64,000 nucleotides of DNA from Thermodesulfobium acidiphilum (GTDB lineage: Bacteria; Thermodesulfobiota; Thermodesulfobiia; Thermodesulfobiales; Thermodesulfobiaceae): assembly GCF_003057965.1 (NCBI RefSeq), contig NZ_CP020921.1:208100-272099 (forward strand), given 5' to 3'. Numbering within the stretch: position 1 is the first letter of the stretch; the number at the start of each line of letters is the position of its first letter. The notes under the pieces were generated by a model that searched no databases, had not been told where the DNA came from, and saw only the letters and a list, made by a program, of their open reading frames with translations. This document shows, one piece after another, positions 1 to 9,840 of the stretch. A program made the position numbers and the translations under genes.

Positions 1-54
1 TTTGTGGATGAAGGGGCAATACTTGAAGGAAAAAGCGAGATGTTGAGGCCCTGA
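1..54 (+). CDS. 3' end of upstream gene, probably a bactofilin (polymer-forming cytoskeletal protein); partial
   Basis: Frame 1 reads FVDEGAILEGKSEMLRP*, like the bactofilin C-terminal 'IEEGAxFEG' beta-helix turn; TGA at 52-54. Confidence 0.5.
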   Translation, partial: FVDEGAILEGKSEMLRP

Positions 55-869
55 AAGGGAGGCTTTATTTAATTGGTACTCCTATAGGAAATCTAAGAGA
101 TATAACCTATCGGGCAGTAGAGGTTTTAAATTCGGTAGGATCAGTGTTTTGTGAGGATACAAGAGTAAGTCTAAAACTTCTGAAATATTATAATATAAAA
201 AAACCTCTTTTTTCTTTTAATTCTCATAATTTTTTAAAACAATCTGAACTCGTGTTAAACAGGCTTGAACACGAATCTGTTGGACTTATAACTGATGCTG
301 GTATGCCTGGTATTTCTGATCCGGGATCATTTTTGGTTGATCTGGTTAGAAAGAATAACTACGAGATAATAGTAATACCTGGCCCAAGTTCATTAACAGC
401 GTCAATTGCTCTATCAGGTTTCAAACCAAATCTATGGCTCTTTCCTGGTTTTTTTCCTAAAGATAATTCTAAAAGAAAAGAAATTATCAATGCTTATGTC
501 TATTCAGGAGGACATCTTATTTTTTTCGAGTCTGCCAAGAGATTATTTGATACTTTGCTTTGGATAAGAAATAATTTCAAATTTAACCCAAGAGTTTGCG
601 TGTTCAAGGAAATTACAAAAATTTATGAAGAGGTTATTTGTTTTGAACTGTCTTTGATAGAAGAGAAGTTAGAATCATCTAATATCAAAGGCGAAATTGT
701 TGTAGCTCTTGAGTCAGCTGGGACATTTGTAGATAAAGAAGAAGAATCTTATCAGCTAGCATTAGAATTAATAAAACTTGGAATTGAGCCTTCAAGGGTA
801 GTTAGACTCCTTTCTAAATATTTAGGAGTGAATAAAAACTGCCTTTACAAAAAGCTTTTACCGAATTAA
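51..869 (+). CDS. rsmI: 16S rRNA C1402 2'-O-methyltransferase RsmI
   Basis: In-frame upstream of the ORF call (144) the sequence reads LKGRLYLIGTPIGNLRDITYRA, the RsmI N-terminal motif. Also CEDTR, DAGMPGISDPG, IPGPS and FFES. Start inferred at CTG 51. Confidence 0.92.
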   Translation: MKGRLYLIGTPIGNLRDITYRAVEVLNSVGSVFCEDTRVSLKLLKYYNIKKPLFSFNSHNFLKQSELVLNRLEHESVGLITDAGMPGISDPGSFLVDLVRKNNYEIIVIPGPSSLTASIALSGFKPNLWLFPGFFPKDNSKRKEIINAYVYSGGHLIFFESAKRLFDTLLWIRNNFKFNPRVCVFKEITKIYEEVICFELSLIEEKLESSNIKGEIVVALESAGTFVDKEEESYQLALELIKLGIEPSRVVRLLSKYLGVNKNCLYKKLLPN

Positions 870-926
870 TTTTAGATTTGAGCAACCTGTTTTATGATTC
901 TTAAAATTTACTTTTGTGGGAGTTGG

Positions 927-1271
927 ATGGTGAAAGAAATCTTGATTACTACAGAACTTGATCCCCAGGGATACTTAATTAAAGAAAGGTTTGGCGTTGT
1001 ATTCGGAGTATCTGTTTTTTCCAGAAATGTGCTGGGCAACTTTTTCGGAAGCATTCGTGCAATTTTTGGTGGAGAACAAAGCGGCTATGCAAAAATGATT
1101 ATGAAAAATAGAGACAATGCTATTGAGAAACTGGTTGAAAATGCAAGAAATTTGGGTGCAAATGCCGTAATAGGAGTAAGATTTGATTCTAATGAATTCG
1201 ATTCAGGTAAAGGTCAATCTATGAATGAAGTTGTAGTTTATGGTACTGCAGTTATATTAGAGAAGAAATAA
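927..1271 (+). CDS. YbjQ/UPF0145 family protein
   Basis: GGEQSGY, GANAVIGVRFD and YGTAV motifs; start moved to ATG 927 behind GGGAG (ORF track 894). Confidence 0.85.
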   Translation: MVKEILITTELDPQGYLIKERFGVVFGVSVFSRNVLGNFFGSIRAIFGGEQSGYAKMIMKNRDNAIEKLVENARNLGANAVIGVRFDSNEFDSGKGQSMNEVVVYGTAVILEKK

Positions 1272-1378
1272 AAGGTATTTTTGATAATATTATCAAAACT
1301 TTTGAGTACTTAAAAGCATAAAAATTTTGTAAAACTGACAATAGGTTATAATATTTATATTACTTTAAGGAGGCAAAA

Positions 1379-2905
1379 ATGGCAAAATCTTTCTACATTA
1401 CTACCCCAATATATTATGTAAATGATAGACCACACATAGGTCACGCTTATACGACTGTGGCATGTGATGTACTTGCAAGATTCAGGAGGCTGGAAGGAAG
1501 AGATGTTTTTTTTCTAACTGGGACAGACGAGCACGGTAAGAAAATCCAGAAAGCTGCAGAAGAAAGCTCTTCAGATTCAAAATCATACGTAGATCGATTT
1601 GCCAAAATTTTTCAAGATGCGTGGTTTGCCCTTAATATTTCTAACGATGACTTTATAAGGACAACACAAGAAAGGCATTATAAAGCGGTTGCTAAATTCT
1701 GGCAAATTGTTAACAACAATGGAGATATATATAAAGGAAAGTATTCCGGATGGTATTGTGTGCCATGCGAAACTTTTTTTTCAGATGAACAGCTTGTGAA
1801 TGGGAAATGTCCTGATTGTGGCAGAGAGGTAGAATGGATGGAGGAAGAATCCTATTTTTTTAGGCTTTCAAAATATACAGAGCCACTTTTAGATCTTTAC
1901 AACAACAAAAAAAAATTTGTTATGCCCGATTTTAGAAGGAATGAAGTGATTCAGTTTGTAAAGCAGGGCTTAAAGGATCTTTCTATATCGAGAAGCAAAT
2001 TTTCCTGGGGGATAAAGGTTCCTGATGATCCAGGACATGTAATATATGTTTGGTTTGATGCGCTATTAAACTATCTTACTGCTGCTGGATTTGCAGAAGA
2101 TGAAGAGAAATTTAAAAGAATATGGCCTGCTGATGTTCACGTGGTTGGTAAAGAAATTGTTCGTTTCCATGCGGTAATCTGGCCTGCTATGTTGATGAGT
2201 GCGAAACTTCCATTGCCAAAAATGGTTTTTGGCCATGGTTGGTGGACTATGGAGGGGGAAAAGATGTCAAAATCTAAGGGGAATGTGGTTGACATATGGG
2301 CTTTATCGAAAGATGTTGGAGTAGATCCTATGAGATACTTTTTGATGAAAGCAGTGCCGTTTGGACAGGATGGAGATTTTTCTTATAAAAGTCTAAAGGA
2401 GATATTAAATGCCGATCTTGCTAATGACTTTGGAAATCTTTTAAATAGAACTGCATCAATGCTTGAAAGATATAATAATAGCTCTCTAACTGAAGCAGAT
2501 AAGTTTTTTAATAAAGAGAGTTTTGTAAATTTAAGGGCTATTTTTGATGGTATGAAGGAAAGGATTGAAAGGTATTATGACAATCTTTCTTTCAGCTTTG
2601 TACTTGAGGAGATAATGACATTAATTAAGGGTGCAAATAAATTTTTGGACCAAACTGCCCCCTGGAGATCCTTTAAGGAAAGAGGATTTGATTTAGAGGT
2701 TGCAAGCACTTTTTATCACGTTTTTGAGATAATAAGACTTTCTTCTATTGCTCTATATCCATTTATGCCCACAATATCTAAAGATGTTTTAAGAAGACTT
2801 TCTATATATAAAAAACCTTCCTGGTCTGAATTTAGTTGGGGGTTATTGCCTTTGCCTTGCAAAGTTGAAAAGGGTGAGCCTATTTTCAAGAGGCTAGAAA
2901 CCTGA
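1379..2905 (+). CDS. metG: Methionyl-tRNA synthetase, short form without C-terminal tRNA-binding domain
   Basis: FYITTPIYY, HIGH, GTDEHG, CxxC..CxxC knuckle, KMSKS; SD AAGGAGG. Confidence 0.97.
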   Translation: MAKSFYITTPIYYVNDRPHIGHAYTTVACDVLARFRRLEGRDVFFLTGTDEHGKKIQKAAEESSSDSKSYVDRFAKIFQDAWFALNISNDDFIRTTQERHYKAVAKFWQIVNNNGDIYKGKYSGWYCVPCETFFSDEQLVNGKCPDCGREVEWMEEESYFFRLSKYTEPLLDLYNNKKKFVMPDFRRNEVIQFVKQGLKDLSISRSKFSWGIKVPDDPGHVIYVWFDALLNYLTAAGFAEDEEKFKRIWPADVHVVGKEIVRFHAVIWPAMLMSAKLPLPKMVFGHGWWTMEGEKMSKSKGNVVDIWALSKDVGVDPMRYFLMKAVPFGQDGDFSYKSLKEILNADLANDFGNLLNRTASMLERYNNSSLTEADKFFNKESFVNLRAIFDGMKERIERYYDNLSFSFVLEEIMTLIKGANKFLDQTAPWRSFKERGFDLEVASTFYHVFEIIRLSSIALYPFMPTISKDVLRRLSIYKKPSWSEFSWGLLPLPCKVEKGEPIFKRLET

Positions 2906-3708
2906 TGTATTTTGATAGTCATCTACATCTTGAGAGCGAATCGTTTGATTCTGACAGAGAGGATGTTATAAAGAGAGCTTTTGACGAACAAATAGGTTTG
3001 ATGATTAATGTGGGATCGGATCTTGAAACCTCGCTTAAATCTGTAGAACTATCCAATAAATACAAGGGCAAAATTTTTGCTGTTGTTGGTTTTCATCCCC
3101 ATGAAGCAAAATTTTTTAACGAAAATTTTTATAATGCAATAAAGGATTTAACTTACTTTGAAAACGTTTTAGCTATCGGTGAAATCGGACTTGATTATCA
3201 CTATAATTATTCTCCGAGAGAATCTCAAATAAACTGTTTTAGAAAGCAGCTTGCGCTGGCAAGGGAAGTAGGGCTTCCAGTAGTTATTCATATGAGAGAG
3301 GCAACAAAGGATACTATTGACATATTAGAAGAGTTTAATGCTGACTCAATTGGTGGAGTGTTTCACTGTTTCTCTGGTTCTGTTGATACTATGAAAAAAG
3401 TAGTGTCTATGAATTTTTTTATATCTTTTGCAGGTCCAATAACTTTTTCAAATTCTCATAAGTTGAGAAACGTAGTCTTTGAGACTCCAATTGAAAGAAT
3501 TTTGTCCGAAACCGATTCGCCATTTCTTGCTCCAGTACCTTTTAGAGGGAAAAGAAACGAACCTGTAAATGTAAAGGAGGTTGTAAGGGCCTTATCAGAG
3601 ATAAAAAATATAGAAATTAACGATCTGAAGGCTATTTTATTTGAAAATTTATTGAACGCTTTTCCTAAATTAAGGCATTTTAAGGATAAAGGCCTTATTA
3701 ACTATTAA
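2905..3708 (+). CDS. tatD: TatD family DNase
   Basis: DSHLH, GFHPH, AIGEIGLDY, HCFSG, ETDSPFLAP; TGATG coupling to metG. Confidence 0.95.
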   Translation: MYFDSHLHLESESFDSDREDVIKRAFDEQIGLMINVGSDLETSLKSVELSNKYKGKIFAVVGFHPHEAKFFNENFYNAIKDLTYFENVLAIGEIGLDYHYNYSPRESQINCFRKQLALAREVGLPVVIHMREATKDTIDILEEFNADSIGGVFHCFSGSVDTMKKVVSMNFFISFAGPITFSNSHKLRNVVFETPIERILSETDSPFLAPVPFRGKRNEPVNVKEVVRALSEIKNIEINDLKAILFENLLNAFPKLRHFKDKGLINY

Positions 3709-3770
3709 GTAAAAAGAATTTTTTTGTAACTTATATGATGTTTTTCAACTTTCTAAGGAGGTGTTTTAAG

Positions 3771-4565
3771 TTGAGACCAGCTTATGTTTCTGGATACTTT
3801 TATCCGCTTAGAGAAAGCGATTTGTTGAAGTTTATGTCCGAAGTCATATTAGACGTTCCTAAAAGAAAAGTAAAAGGAGCAGTGGTACCTCACGCGGGAT
3901 ATAATTTTTCTGGTTCTATTGCAGGGAAAGTTTACTCTTCAATTGAGTGCCCAGATACTTTTTTACTTGTTGGCCCAAAACATTCAATGGAATCTGATGG
4001 AATATTTTTATCACAAACTTCATGGGCCACTCCACTTGGCGAGGTTATGCCTGATAGGGATTTGGGGGAATCTTTACTCCATCATTGTGAATTTATCCAT
4101 CTAAATGAGAGAGTTCATGCGAATGAGCACTCTCTTGAGGTTCAGGTTCCGTTTATAAAATACGTCTGTCCTAAAGCAAAGATTTTACCTATTGCTGTTT
4201 CTACGACTTCAGAGGGGATTCTTTCTTCAACAGGAAAATGTATAGCAAGTGTACTTAAAGAATCCAATAAATCTGTTGTCGTGGTTATGAGTAGCGATTT
4301 GAATCATCATGAGCCGCAAGAGATAACAATGGAAAAGGATGAGAAAGTAATTAAAAATTTGATGTCATTAGATTCAAGGGGCTTGCTTAGGACTGTTTAT
4401 GAAGAAGACGTTTCTATGTGTGGAGCATGGTCCTGCTTTCTTGGTTTGACAATATTAAAAGAATTGGGAGCTACTAAGGCCGAACTTTTAGAACACAGGA
4501 CTTCTGGTGATGTGAATATGGATTATACTCAGGTAGTGGGTTATACAGGCATCTTGTTTGAATAA
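3771..4565 (+). CDS. amrB: AmmeMemoRadiSam protein B (MEMO1 family)
   Basis: RPAYVSGYFYP, PHAGY, EHSLEVQVPF, SSDLNH, MCG, VVGY; TTG start at 3771 after AAGGAGGTG (ORF track 3735). Confidence 0.9.
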   Translation: MRPAYVSGYFYPLRESDLLKFMSEVILDVPKRKVKGAVVPHAGYNFSGSIAGKVYSSIECPDTFLLVGPKHSMESDGIFLSQTSWATPLGEVMPDRDLGESLLHHCEFIHLNERVHANEHSLEVQVPFIKYVCPKAKILPIAVSTTSEGILSSTGKCIASVLKESNKSVVVVMSSDLNHHEPQEITMEKDEKVIKNLMSLDSRGLLRTVYEEDVSMCGAWSCFLGLTILKELGATKAELLEHRTSGDVNMDYTQVVGYTGILFE

Positions 4566-4572
4566 TTGAAAC

Positions 4573-4914
4573 ATGAGAGGTTTAAAAAAGATTTCAAGAG
4601 ATAAACCTTGTATAGCAATAATAACTGCTCCAGAGAAAGATGCTGTAGTTCTTGCGAGAAAATTAATTGAGTCAAAGGTTGCTGCTTGTGTAAATATTTG
4701 TAAATATGTAGAATCAATTTATGTTTGGCAAGGTACAATAGTAGAAGATACAGAAGATATATTGATTGTAAAAACATTTTTATCTTTGAAAGAGAAATTT
4801 AAGACTTTAGTTTTAGAAAATCATCCATATGATACGCCTGAAATAATTTTTCTAAAGTTAGAAGACGTCGAGGTACGATATCTATCCTGGATGAGAGAGG
4901 TCCTAATGGGCTGA
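4573..4914 (+). CDS. cutA: Divalent-cation tolerance protein CutA
   Basis: AACVNI, SIYVWQG, HPYDTPEII, YLSW. Confidence 0.93.
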   Translation: MRGLKKISRDKPCIAIITAPEKDAVVLARKLIESKVAACVNICKYVESIYVWQGTIVEDTEDILIVKTFLSLKEKFKTLVLENHPYDTPEIIFLKLEDVEVRYLSWMREVLMG

Positions 4915-5666
4915 TGAATTATTTTATCGAATTTTTTTCTGATGTAGGGCAACTATCTTATCTATTCTTCAGATCCATTGTTGCTTTATTAACTGTAAGG
5001 TTTAGATTTTTTTTGTTTTTGGATCAGTGTTTTATGATTGGAGTAGAATCTGTACCTATTGTGTTTATTACTTCCCTTTTTGTGGGCATGGTGTTTTCCA
5101 TCCAAACTGCTAGAGAATTTGTCTTTTATGGGGCTGGTTCTGTTGTTGGCGGAGTAGTAGGTATCGCAATAATTAGAGAATTAGGTCCGATGATAACAGG
5201 GGTTGTTGTTGCGGGAAGAGTTGGCTCTGCTATGGCTGCTGAAATAGGTACAATGAAAGTTACTGAGCAGATTGATGCCCTTTTATCCATGTCGGTTGAT
5301 CCAATTTTTTATCTTGTTGCTCCAAGAGTTTTTGCCTGTATGTTAATGTTGCCCCTCTTAACTGTTATTGCAAACTTAGCAGGAGTTATAGGTGGATATT
5401 TTGTTGCTGTTTATTACGGTGGAGTTATACCTTCATCCTTTGTGGAATCTATAAAGTTTCTTGTTAAAGTTTGGGACATTGAAGCAAGCCTTATAAAGGC
5501 TATGATATTTGGTTGTATTATATCACTTATTGGGACGTTTATAGGTTTAAGAACAAAGGCTGGAGCTAGAGGTGTCGGAAATTCTACAATGCTTTCTGTC
5601 GTTATTTCTTTAATTTTAATCTTTGTTTTTAATTATTTCCTTTCAATGGTAATGTTCTCACGATGA
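4914..5666 (+). CDS. mlaE: MlaE family ABC permease
   Basis: RELGP, AGRVGSAMAAEIGTMKVTEQIDAL, GARGVG. Confidence 0.93.
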   Translation: MNYFIEFFSDVGQLSYLFFRSIVALLTVRFRFFLFLDQCFMIGVESVPIVFITSLFVGMVFSIQTAREFVFYGAGSVVGGVVGIAIIRELGPMITGVVVAGRVGSAMAAEIGTMKVTEQIDALLSMSVDPIFYLVAPRVFACMLMLPLLTVIANLAGVIGGYFVAVYYGGVIPSSFVESIKFLVKVWDIEASLIKAMIFGCIISLIGTFIGLRTKAGARGVGNSTMLSVVISLILIFVFNYFLSMVMFSR

Positions 5667-6415
5667 TAAAATTTTCTAACGTCTTTAAGAGTTTTGGGGG
5701 GAGAACTGTTCTTGAAGATATAAGCTTTTTTATACCAGACAACAAAATAACAGTTATCATGGGACCATCGGGTTGTGGAAAGAGTACTGTTTTAAGACTT
5801 ATGATAGGACTTATGAAACCGGATTCTGGAATAATTGAGATTATGGGCAACAACATTACAAAAATTTCTGATAAAGAGCTATTTGAAATTAGAAAAAATA
5901 TGGGTATGGTATTTCAAGCTGGAGCCTTATTTGATTCTTTAAACGTAATCGATAATGTATCATTTTTTTTAAAAGAACATAAACTAAAATCTAAAGAAGA
6001 GATTGATTCTTTATCCCTTGAGGCCTTAAAGTTTGTAGGTTTAGAAGATAGCGCTTATCTGTATCCATCAGAACTTTCAGGTGGCATGCAAAGAAGAGTA
6101 GCAATTGCAAGGACAATTGTATATCGACCAAAAATAGTTTTATTTGATGAGCCAACAACAGGGCTTGATCCTCATACGAGCAGAATTATTGAAGATTTAA
6201 TTAGAAATCTTAAAGAGCAAACAGGAGCTCTTATATTAATTGTTAGCCATGTGTTTCAAACTGCATTTAGATTGGCTGAAAGGATAATTTATTTAGATAA
6301 CAAGAAAATATTATTTGATGGTGAACCTAGGGATTTTGTAAAATTTGATAACGCTTTTGTCCAAACCTTTTTGGGTCCAGAGGGTAAAAAGATATTTTTC
6401 AATTATAATACTTAA
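5663..6415 (+). CDS. mlaF: MlaF family ABC ATPase
   Basis: Walker A GPSGCGKS, FQAGALFDSL, LSGGMQRR, DEPTTGLDP; lies between mlaE and mlaD. Confidence 0.92.
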   Translation: MIKFSNVFKSFGGRTVLEDISFFIPDNKITVIMGPSGCGKSTVLRLMIGLMKPDSGIIEIMGNNITKISDKELFEIRKNMGMVFQAGALFDSLNVIDNVSFFLKEHKLKSKEEIDSLSLEALKFVGLEDSAYLYPSELSGGMQRRVAIARTIVYRPKIVLFDEPTTGLDPHTSRIIEDLIRNLKEQTGALILIVSHVFQTAFRLAERIIYLDNKKILFDGEPRDFVKFDNAFVQTFLGPEGKKIFFNYNT

Positions 6416-6449
6416 TTAAGGTAATAATGAGTTTTGAAGGGAGAGAGTT

Positions 6450-7718
6450 TTGGAAAAAGGTAAAGCTGTAAAGGTAGGTATATTTGTACTTGCTACATTA
6501 ATTTTGCTTGCGGGCTCTATTTTGTGGTTCCAAAGCGATTTCCTAAAGCCGATGTATAGAATAGTTGCATATTTTCCTGATGTAAGCGGTCTTTCGGTTG
6601 ATGCGCCCGTTTATTATATGGGCGTTAAAGTTGGCAGAATTAAAAGGATTACTCCTACTCTTTATAAAGGCGTCGAAACTGTAATATTGATAAAAAAAGA
6701 TATTCTAATACCTAAAGGTTCTTATTTTTCAATAGGAACTTACGGTTTGGTAGGGGACAAGTTTATAAGTATAACCCCACCAAAGTCTATAACCAAAGAA
6801 TATTTAACTGATGGGGCTACAGTAATTGGCACTTCTCCTCCTACCTATGAAGATATTCTGAACGAAACAAGTGTTTTGCTGGTAAGGGTTAGCAATCTTA
6901 CAAAAGATCTTCACGATACTCTTTTGAACCCAGAGTCCAAAGAATCAATAAAGAAAACGCTTTTCCTTGCATCTTCTATAGCAACAAATATAGACAGGTT
7001 TACAAGGGTTTTAAGCGATTTAGCTTATAAAAACGAATCCGACGTAAATCAAACTATTAGCAATCTAAGAGGTTTTTCTGAGTATCTTCTGGCAATATCA
7101 AAAAATATTGATAAGGGAGTATCGGATCCTGAGCTATTTCCCTCTATAAAAAGCGCGTTGTTGAATATTAATGAGGCATCTAAAAACGTTGCAAACCTGG
7201 CTTCCAATCTAAATGATATTGTAAAGGATAAAAAAACCAAAGAAGAGATAAAACAAACTATTACAAATGCTAGCGAAATTACTGAAAGATCAAAGAAAGT
7301 GTTGGATTATCTTGCTAATACAAAGATTACTCCACAAGTAAGAGTTTTTAGTGGTCCTAAAGACAGAAGAGAGGGAGCTTTCTTTCTAGACATACATCCG
7401 CCTGGAGACAGATTCTATAGATTTGGAGTAAGGGATTCTGGCGGCAAAACTAAAGTTGATGCTCAAGCAGGGCAGAAGATAAATGATAATTTAGACGTTC
7501 GTATTGGATACATGAACTCCCACCTTGGAGCAGGTTTAGATGTACACTACGGTCGATTTGGTGTTGAAAGTGAAATATACGATCCAAAGCGTACTACTCT
7601 TGATAGCATTTTATCGTATTCAATTACTAAAGACGTTGATCTTTTAATGTATCTCAAAGACCTTACCAGAAGTGATAGAGAAGTGCTGGGCGGAGTAAGA
7701 TATAAATTTGATAATTAA
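6450..7718 (+). CDS. mlaD: MlaD/MCE protein with long helical region and C-terminal beta-rich domain
   Basis: N-terminal TM, MCE motifs (GLSVDAPVYYMGVKVG, GLVGDKFISI), helical middle, amphipathic beta C-terminus ending GVRYKFDN. Confidence 0.9.
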   Translation: MEKGKAVKVGIFVLATLILLAGSILWFQSDFLKPMYRIVAYFPDVSGLSVDAPVYYMGVKVGRIKRITPTLYKGVETVILIKKDILIPKGSYFSIGTYGLVGDKFISITPPKSITKEYLTDGATVIGTSPPTYEDILNETSVLLVRVSNLTKDLHDTLLNPESKESIKKTLFLASSIATNIDRFTRVLSDLAYKNESDVNQTISNLRGFSEYLLAISKNIDKGVSDPELFPSIKSALLNINEASKNVANLASNLNDIVKDKKTKEEIKQTITNASEITERSKKVLDYLANTKITPQVRVFSGPKDRREGAFFLDIHPPGDRFYRFGVRDSGGKTKVDAQAGQKINDNLDVRIGYMNSHLGAGLDVHYGRFGVESEIYDPKRTTLDSILSYSITKDVDLLMYLKDLTRSDREVLGGVRYKFDN

Positions 7719-7765
7719 TTATAATTATTAAATTCTATAAATATTTAAAATGATGGAGGCATAAT

Positions 7766-8917
7766 TTGGCTTTTTTACTGGTTGTTTTAGATGGTAGTGC
7801 TGAAGAGCCGCTAAGGATCTTGGATAATAGAACTCCCCTTGAAGTTGCAAAGATGTCCAATTTGGATTGTATTGCTAAAATGAGTAGAACTTTTAGATCC
7901 AACTTTGTTCCCAAAAGCCTTCCTTGTGGATCCGAAGTAGCTAATATGGCCATATTAGGATACGATCCGATTAAATATTATACTGGAAGAGGTGCTCTTG
8001 AGGCTGCAAGCCTTGGATTGAAAATTAAAGAAGGTATGGCAGCGTTTAGGTTAAACTTAGTGTATGCTTCTGACAAAGTAATGTTAGATCATTCTGCTGG
8101 ACATATAAAGACAGAAGTTGCGAGAAGGTTAATTGTTGAAACAAGAGAACATATTTTAGGTAACATTAATGCTGAAATTTATCCAGGAGTGAGCTACAGG
8201 CACATTCTTGTGGGTGATGAGATTTGGCTGAATGCAAAGCTTACTCCTCCACACGATATTCTAGGCTTAGAATATATAGATTATTTACCAGATTGTGAAG
8301 AGCTAAAAGCCTTAATAAATAACTCTATAAAAGTTTTTAGGGACTATGTTTCTGGTAATTTAGATTTAAAAGTAAGCATGGTGTGGCCATGGGGTGGTGG
8401 AAGAGTTGTAAATTTGCCGAAGTTAAAAGATAAATTTGGGTTTAGAGGTGCCGTTATAAGTGCTGTGGATCTTATAAATGGTTTGGGGATCTTGTGTGGT
8501 TTAGAACCAGTTAAAGTAGATAATATAACTGGTTTTATTGATTCTAATTTTATAGGTAAAGCTTACGGTGCAGTTGAGGCTTCAAGATATTATGACTTTG
8601 TTATGGTCCACATTGAAGCTCCTGACGAATGCGCTCACAGAGGAGACCCCTTTCTAAAGATATCTGCTCTTGAAAAGATAGATAGCGAGTTTTTTTCAGT
8701 TATTTTAAATAATTTATCATTATTCGAAAAGATTCTCGTAGTTTCTGATCATCTAACCTCTTGTGACATAAAAACTCACAAACATGGCGATGTGCCAGTA
8801 CTCTTTTATGATAGATCTTATAAGGGTAAACTAGAAAACACAAGATTTACAGAATCCTTTTCATCAGGTTCAAAATTTATTGTTGGTCACAAATTATTAG
8901 AAGAGTTAATCTCTTAA
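7766..8917 (+). CDS. apgM: Cofactor-independent phosphoglycerate mutase family protein (ApgM)
   Basis: LDG, TPLE, GSEVAN, YTGRGALEA, PPHD, HIEAPDECAH, SDH. Confidence 0.88.
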   Translation: MAFLLVVLDGSAEEPLRILDNRTPLEVAKMSNLDCIAKMSRTFRSNFVPKSLPCGSEVANMAILGYDPIKYYTGRGALEAASLGLKIKEGMAAFRLNLVYASDKVMLDHSAGHIKTEVARRLIVETREHILGNINAEIYPGVSYRHILVGDEIWLNAKLTPPHDILGLEYIDYLPDCEELKALINNSIKVFRDYVSGNLDLKVSMVWPWGGGRVVNLPKLKDKFGFRGAVISAVDLINGLGILCGLEPVKVDNITGFIDSNFIGKAYGAVEASRYYDFVMVHIEAPDECAHRGDPFLKISALEKIDSEFFSVILNNLSLFEKILVVSDHLTSCDIKTHKHGDVPVLFYDRSYKGKLENTRFTESFSSGSKFIVGHKLLEELIS

Positions 8918-8931
8918 CTATAGGTGCTATA

Positions 8932-9789
8932 ATGGACAGATTCTATGAAAAAATACCTTGTAGCACTTCAAATTTGGGTGCAGGTTACGATGTGTTTGGA
9001 CTTTCTTTAGAACTGTTTTTAGAGATTGAGGCAAGGTTTGGGCTCAGGAAAGTCATCAATCTTCCAAGACATCTTGAGAACTCACTATTAAATATCGAAT
9101 CTAAAGTTCACAAAATACTTTCAATAGAAAAACCTAAAAGTTTAACCTGGAATGTAAATAGCAAAATTCCAATAGGAAAAGGTTTGGGTTCCAGCGCTTC
9201 CTTGATAGTAGGTATATTAAAAATTGTTTCATTTGCCCATTCTATTAGATTGAGCGATCAAGAACTTATTGCTCTGGCATCCTCAATAGAAGGTCATCCT
9301 GATAACGTTTCTCCCACAATATTGGGTGGGTTAACTATATCTTTTACCGATCCTGATGGTAACTTTAAGGCCATCAAGGCTTCTATAAGGGAGTTCCCTA
9401 AAAGTGTTGTTTTTGTTCCAGACTTTTCGCTTCAAACCAGAAAAGCAAGACAGGTTGTCCCTTGTGAGGTTAAGGTTTCTGACGCTATAAAAAATATTTC
9501 TCAAACCAATATTATTTTGGAGTCCCTATATAGCAAAAGATATAATATTATGAAATACGCTATACACGATAGGTTGCATGAAAACTATCGCGCTAGTTTG
9601 ATCCCTGGTTATATAGAGGTAAAGAACAAAATTATGAACGATGGAGCTTATTTTGCCTCCTTATCTGGAGCAGGGCCTTCTATATTTGCTTTTGTTCCGG
9701 AAGACTTTGATCCCGAAGGTGCTGTGCATAAATGGCTAGAATTTGGAGTAAAAGCAAAGTATTATTTTTTGAACGTATATCTGAAGTAA
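8932..9789 (+). CDS. thrB: Homoserine kinase
   Basis: PCSTSNLGAGYD, PIGKGLGSS, EGHPDNV, SGAGPS. Confidence 0.93.
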   Translation: MDRFYEKIPCSTSNLGAGYDVFGLSLELFLEIEARFGLRKVINLPRHLENSLLNIESKVHKILSIEKPKSLTWNVNSKIPIGKGLGSSASLIVGILKIVSFAHSIRLSDQELIALASSIEGHPDNVSPTILGGLTISFTDPDGNFKAIKASIREFPKSVVFVPDFSLQTRKARQVVPCEVKVSDAIKNISQTNIILESLYSKRYNIMKYAIHDRLHENYRASLIPGYIEVKNKIMNDGAYFASLSGAGPSIFAFVPEDFDPEGAVHKWLEFGVKAKYYFLNVYLK

Positions 9790-9840
9790 AATATCATAGT
9801 GTTATAATGTATTATTTTATTTTTGGAGGTGGATGTCCTA

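Noticed and set aside
1907..1915. A9 homopolymer in metG as a phase-variation tract
   Set aside because: Essential gene, frame intact, and such runs are expected at this base composition
2903..2975. Selenocysteine readthrough of the metG TGA (and other TGA stops), given selB/selC nearby
   Set aside because: The readthrough peptide is short and unlike a tRNA-binding domain; the TGA is part of TGATG coupling; no ORF here looks split at a catalytic Cys position
3771..4565. Complete AmmeMemoRadiSam system
   Set aside because: Only the MEMO1-like gene is present; the two radical SAM genes in the window are MqnC and MqnE
9790..9840. Lysine/SAM riboswitch before lysC (and a T-box before metG at 1272-1378)
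   Set aside because: The gaps are too short and lack conserved motifs; only TATAAT-like promoter elements are present
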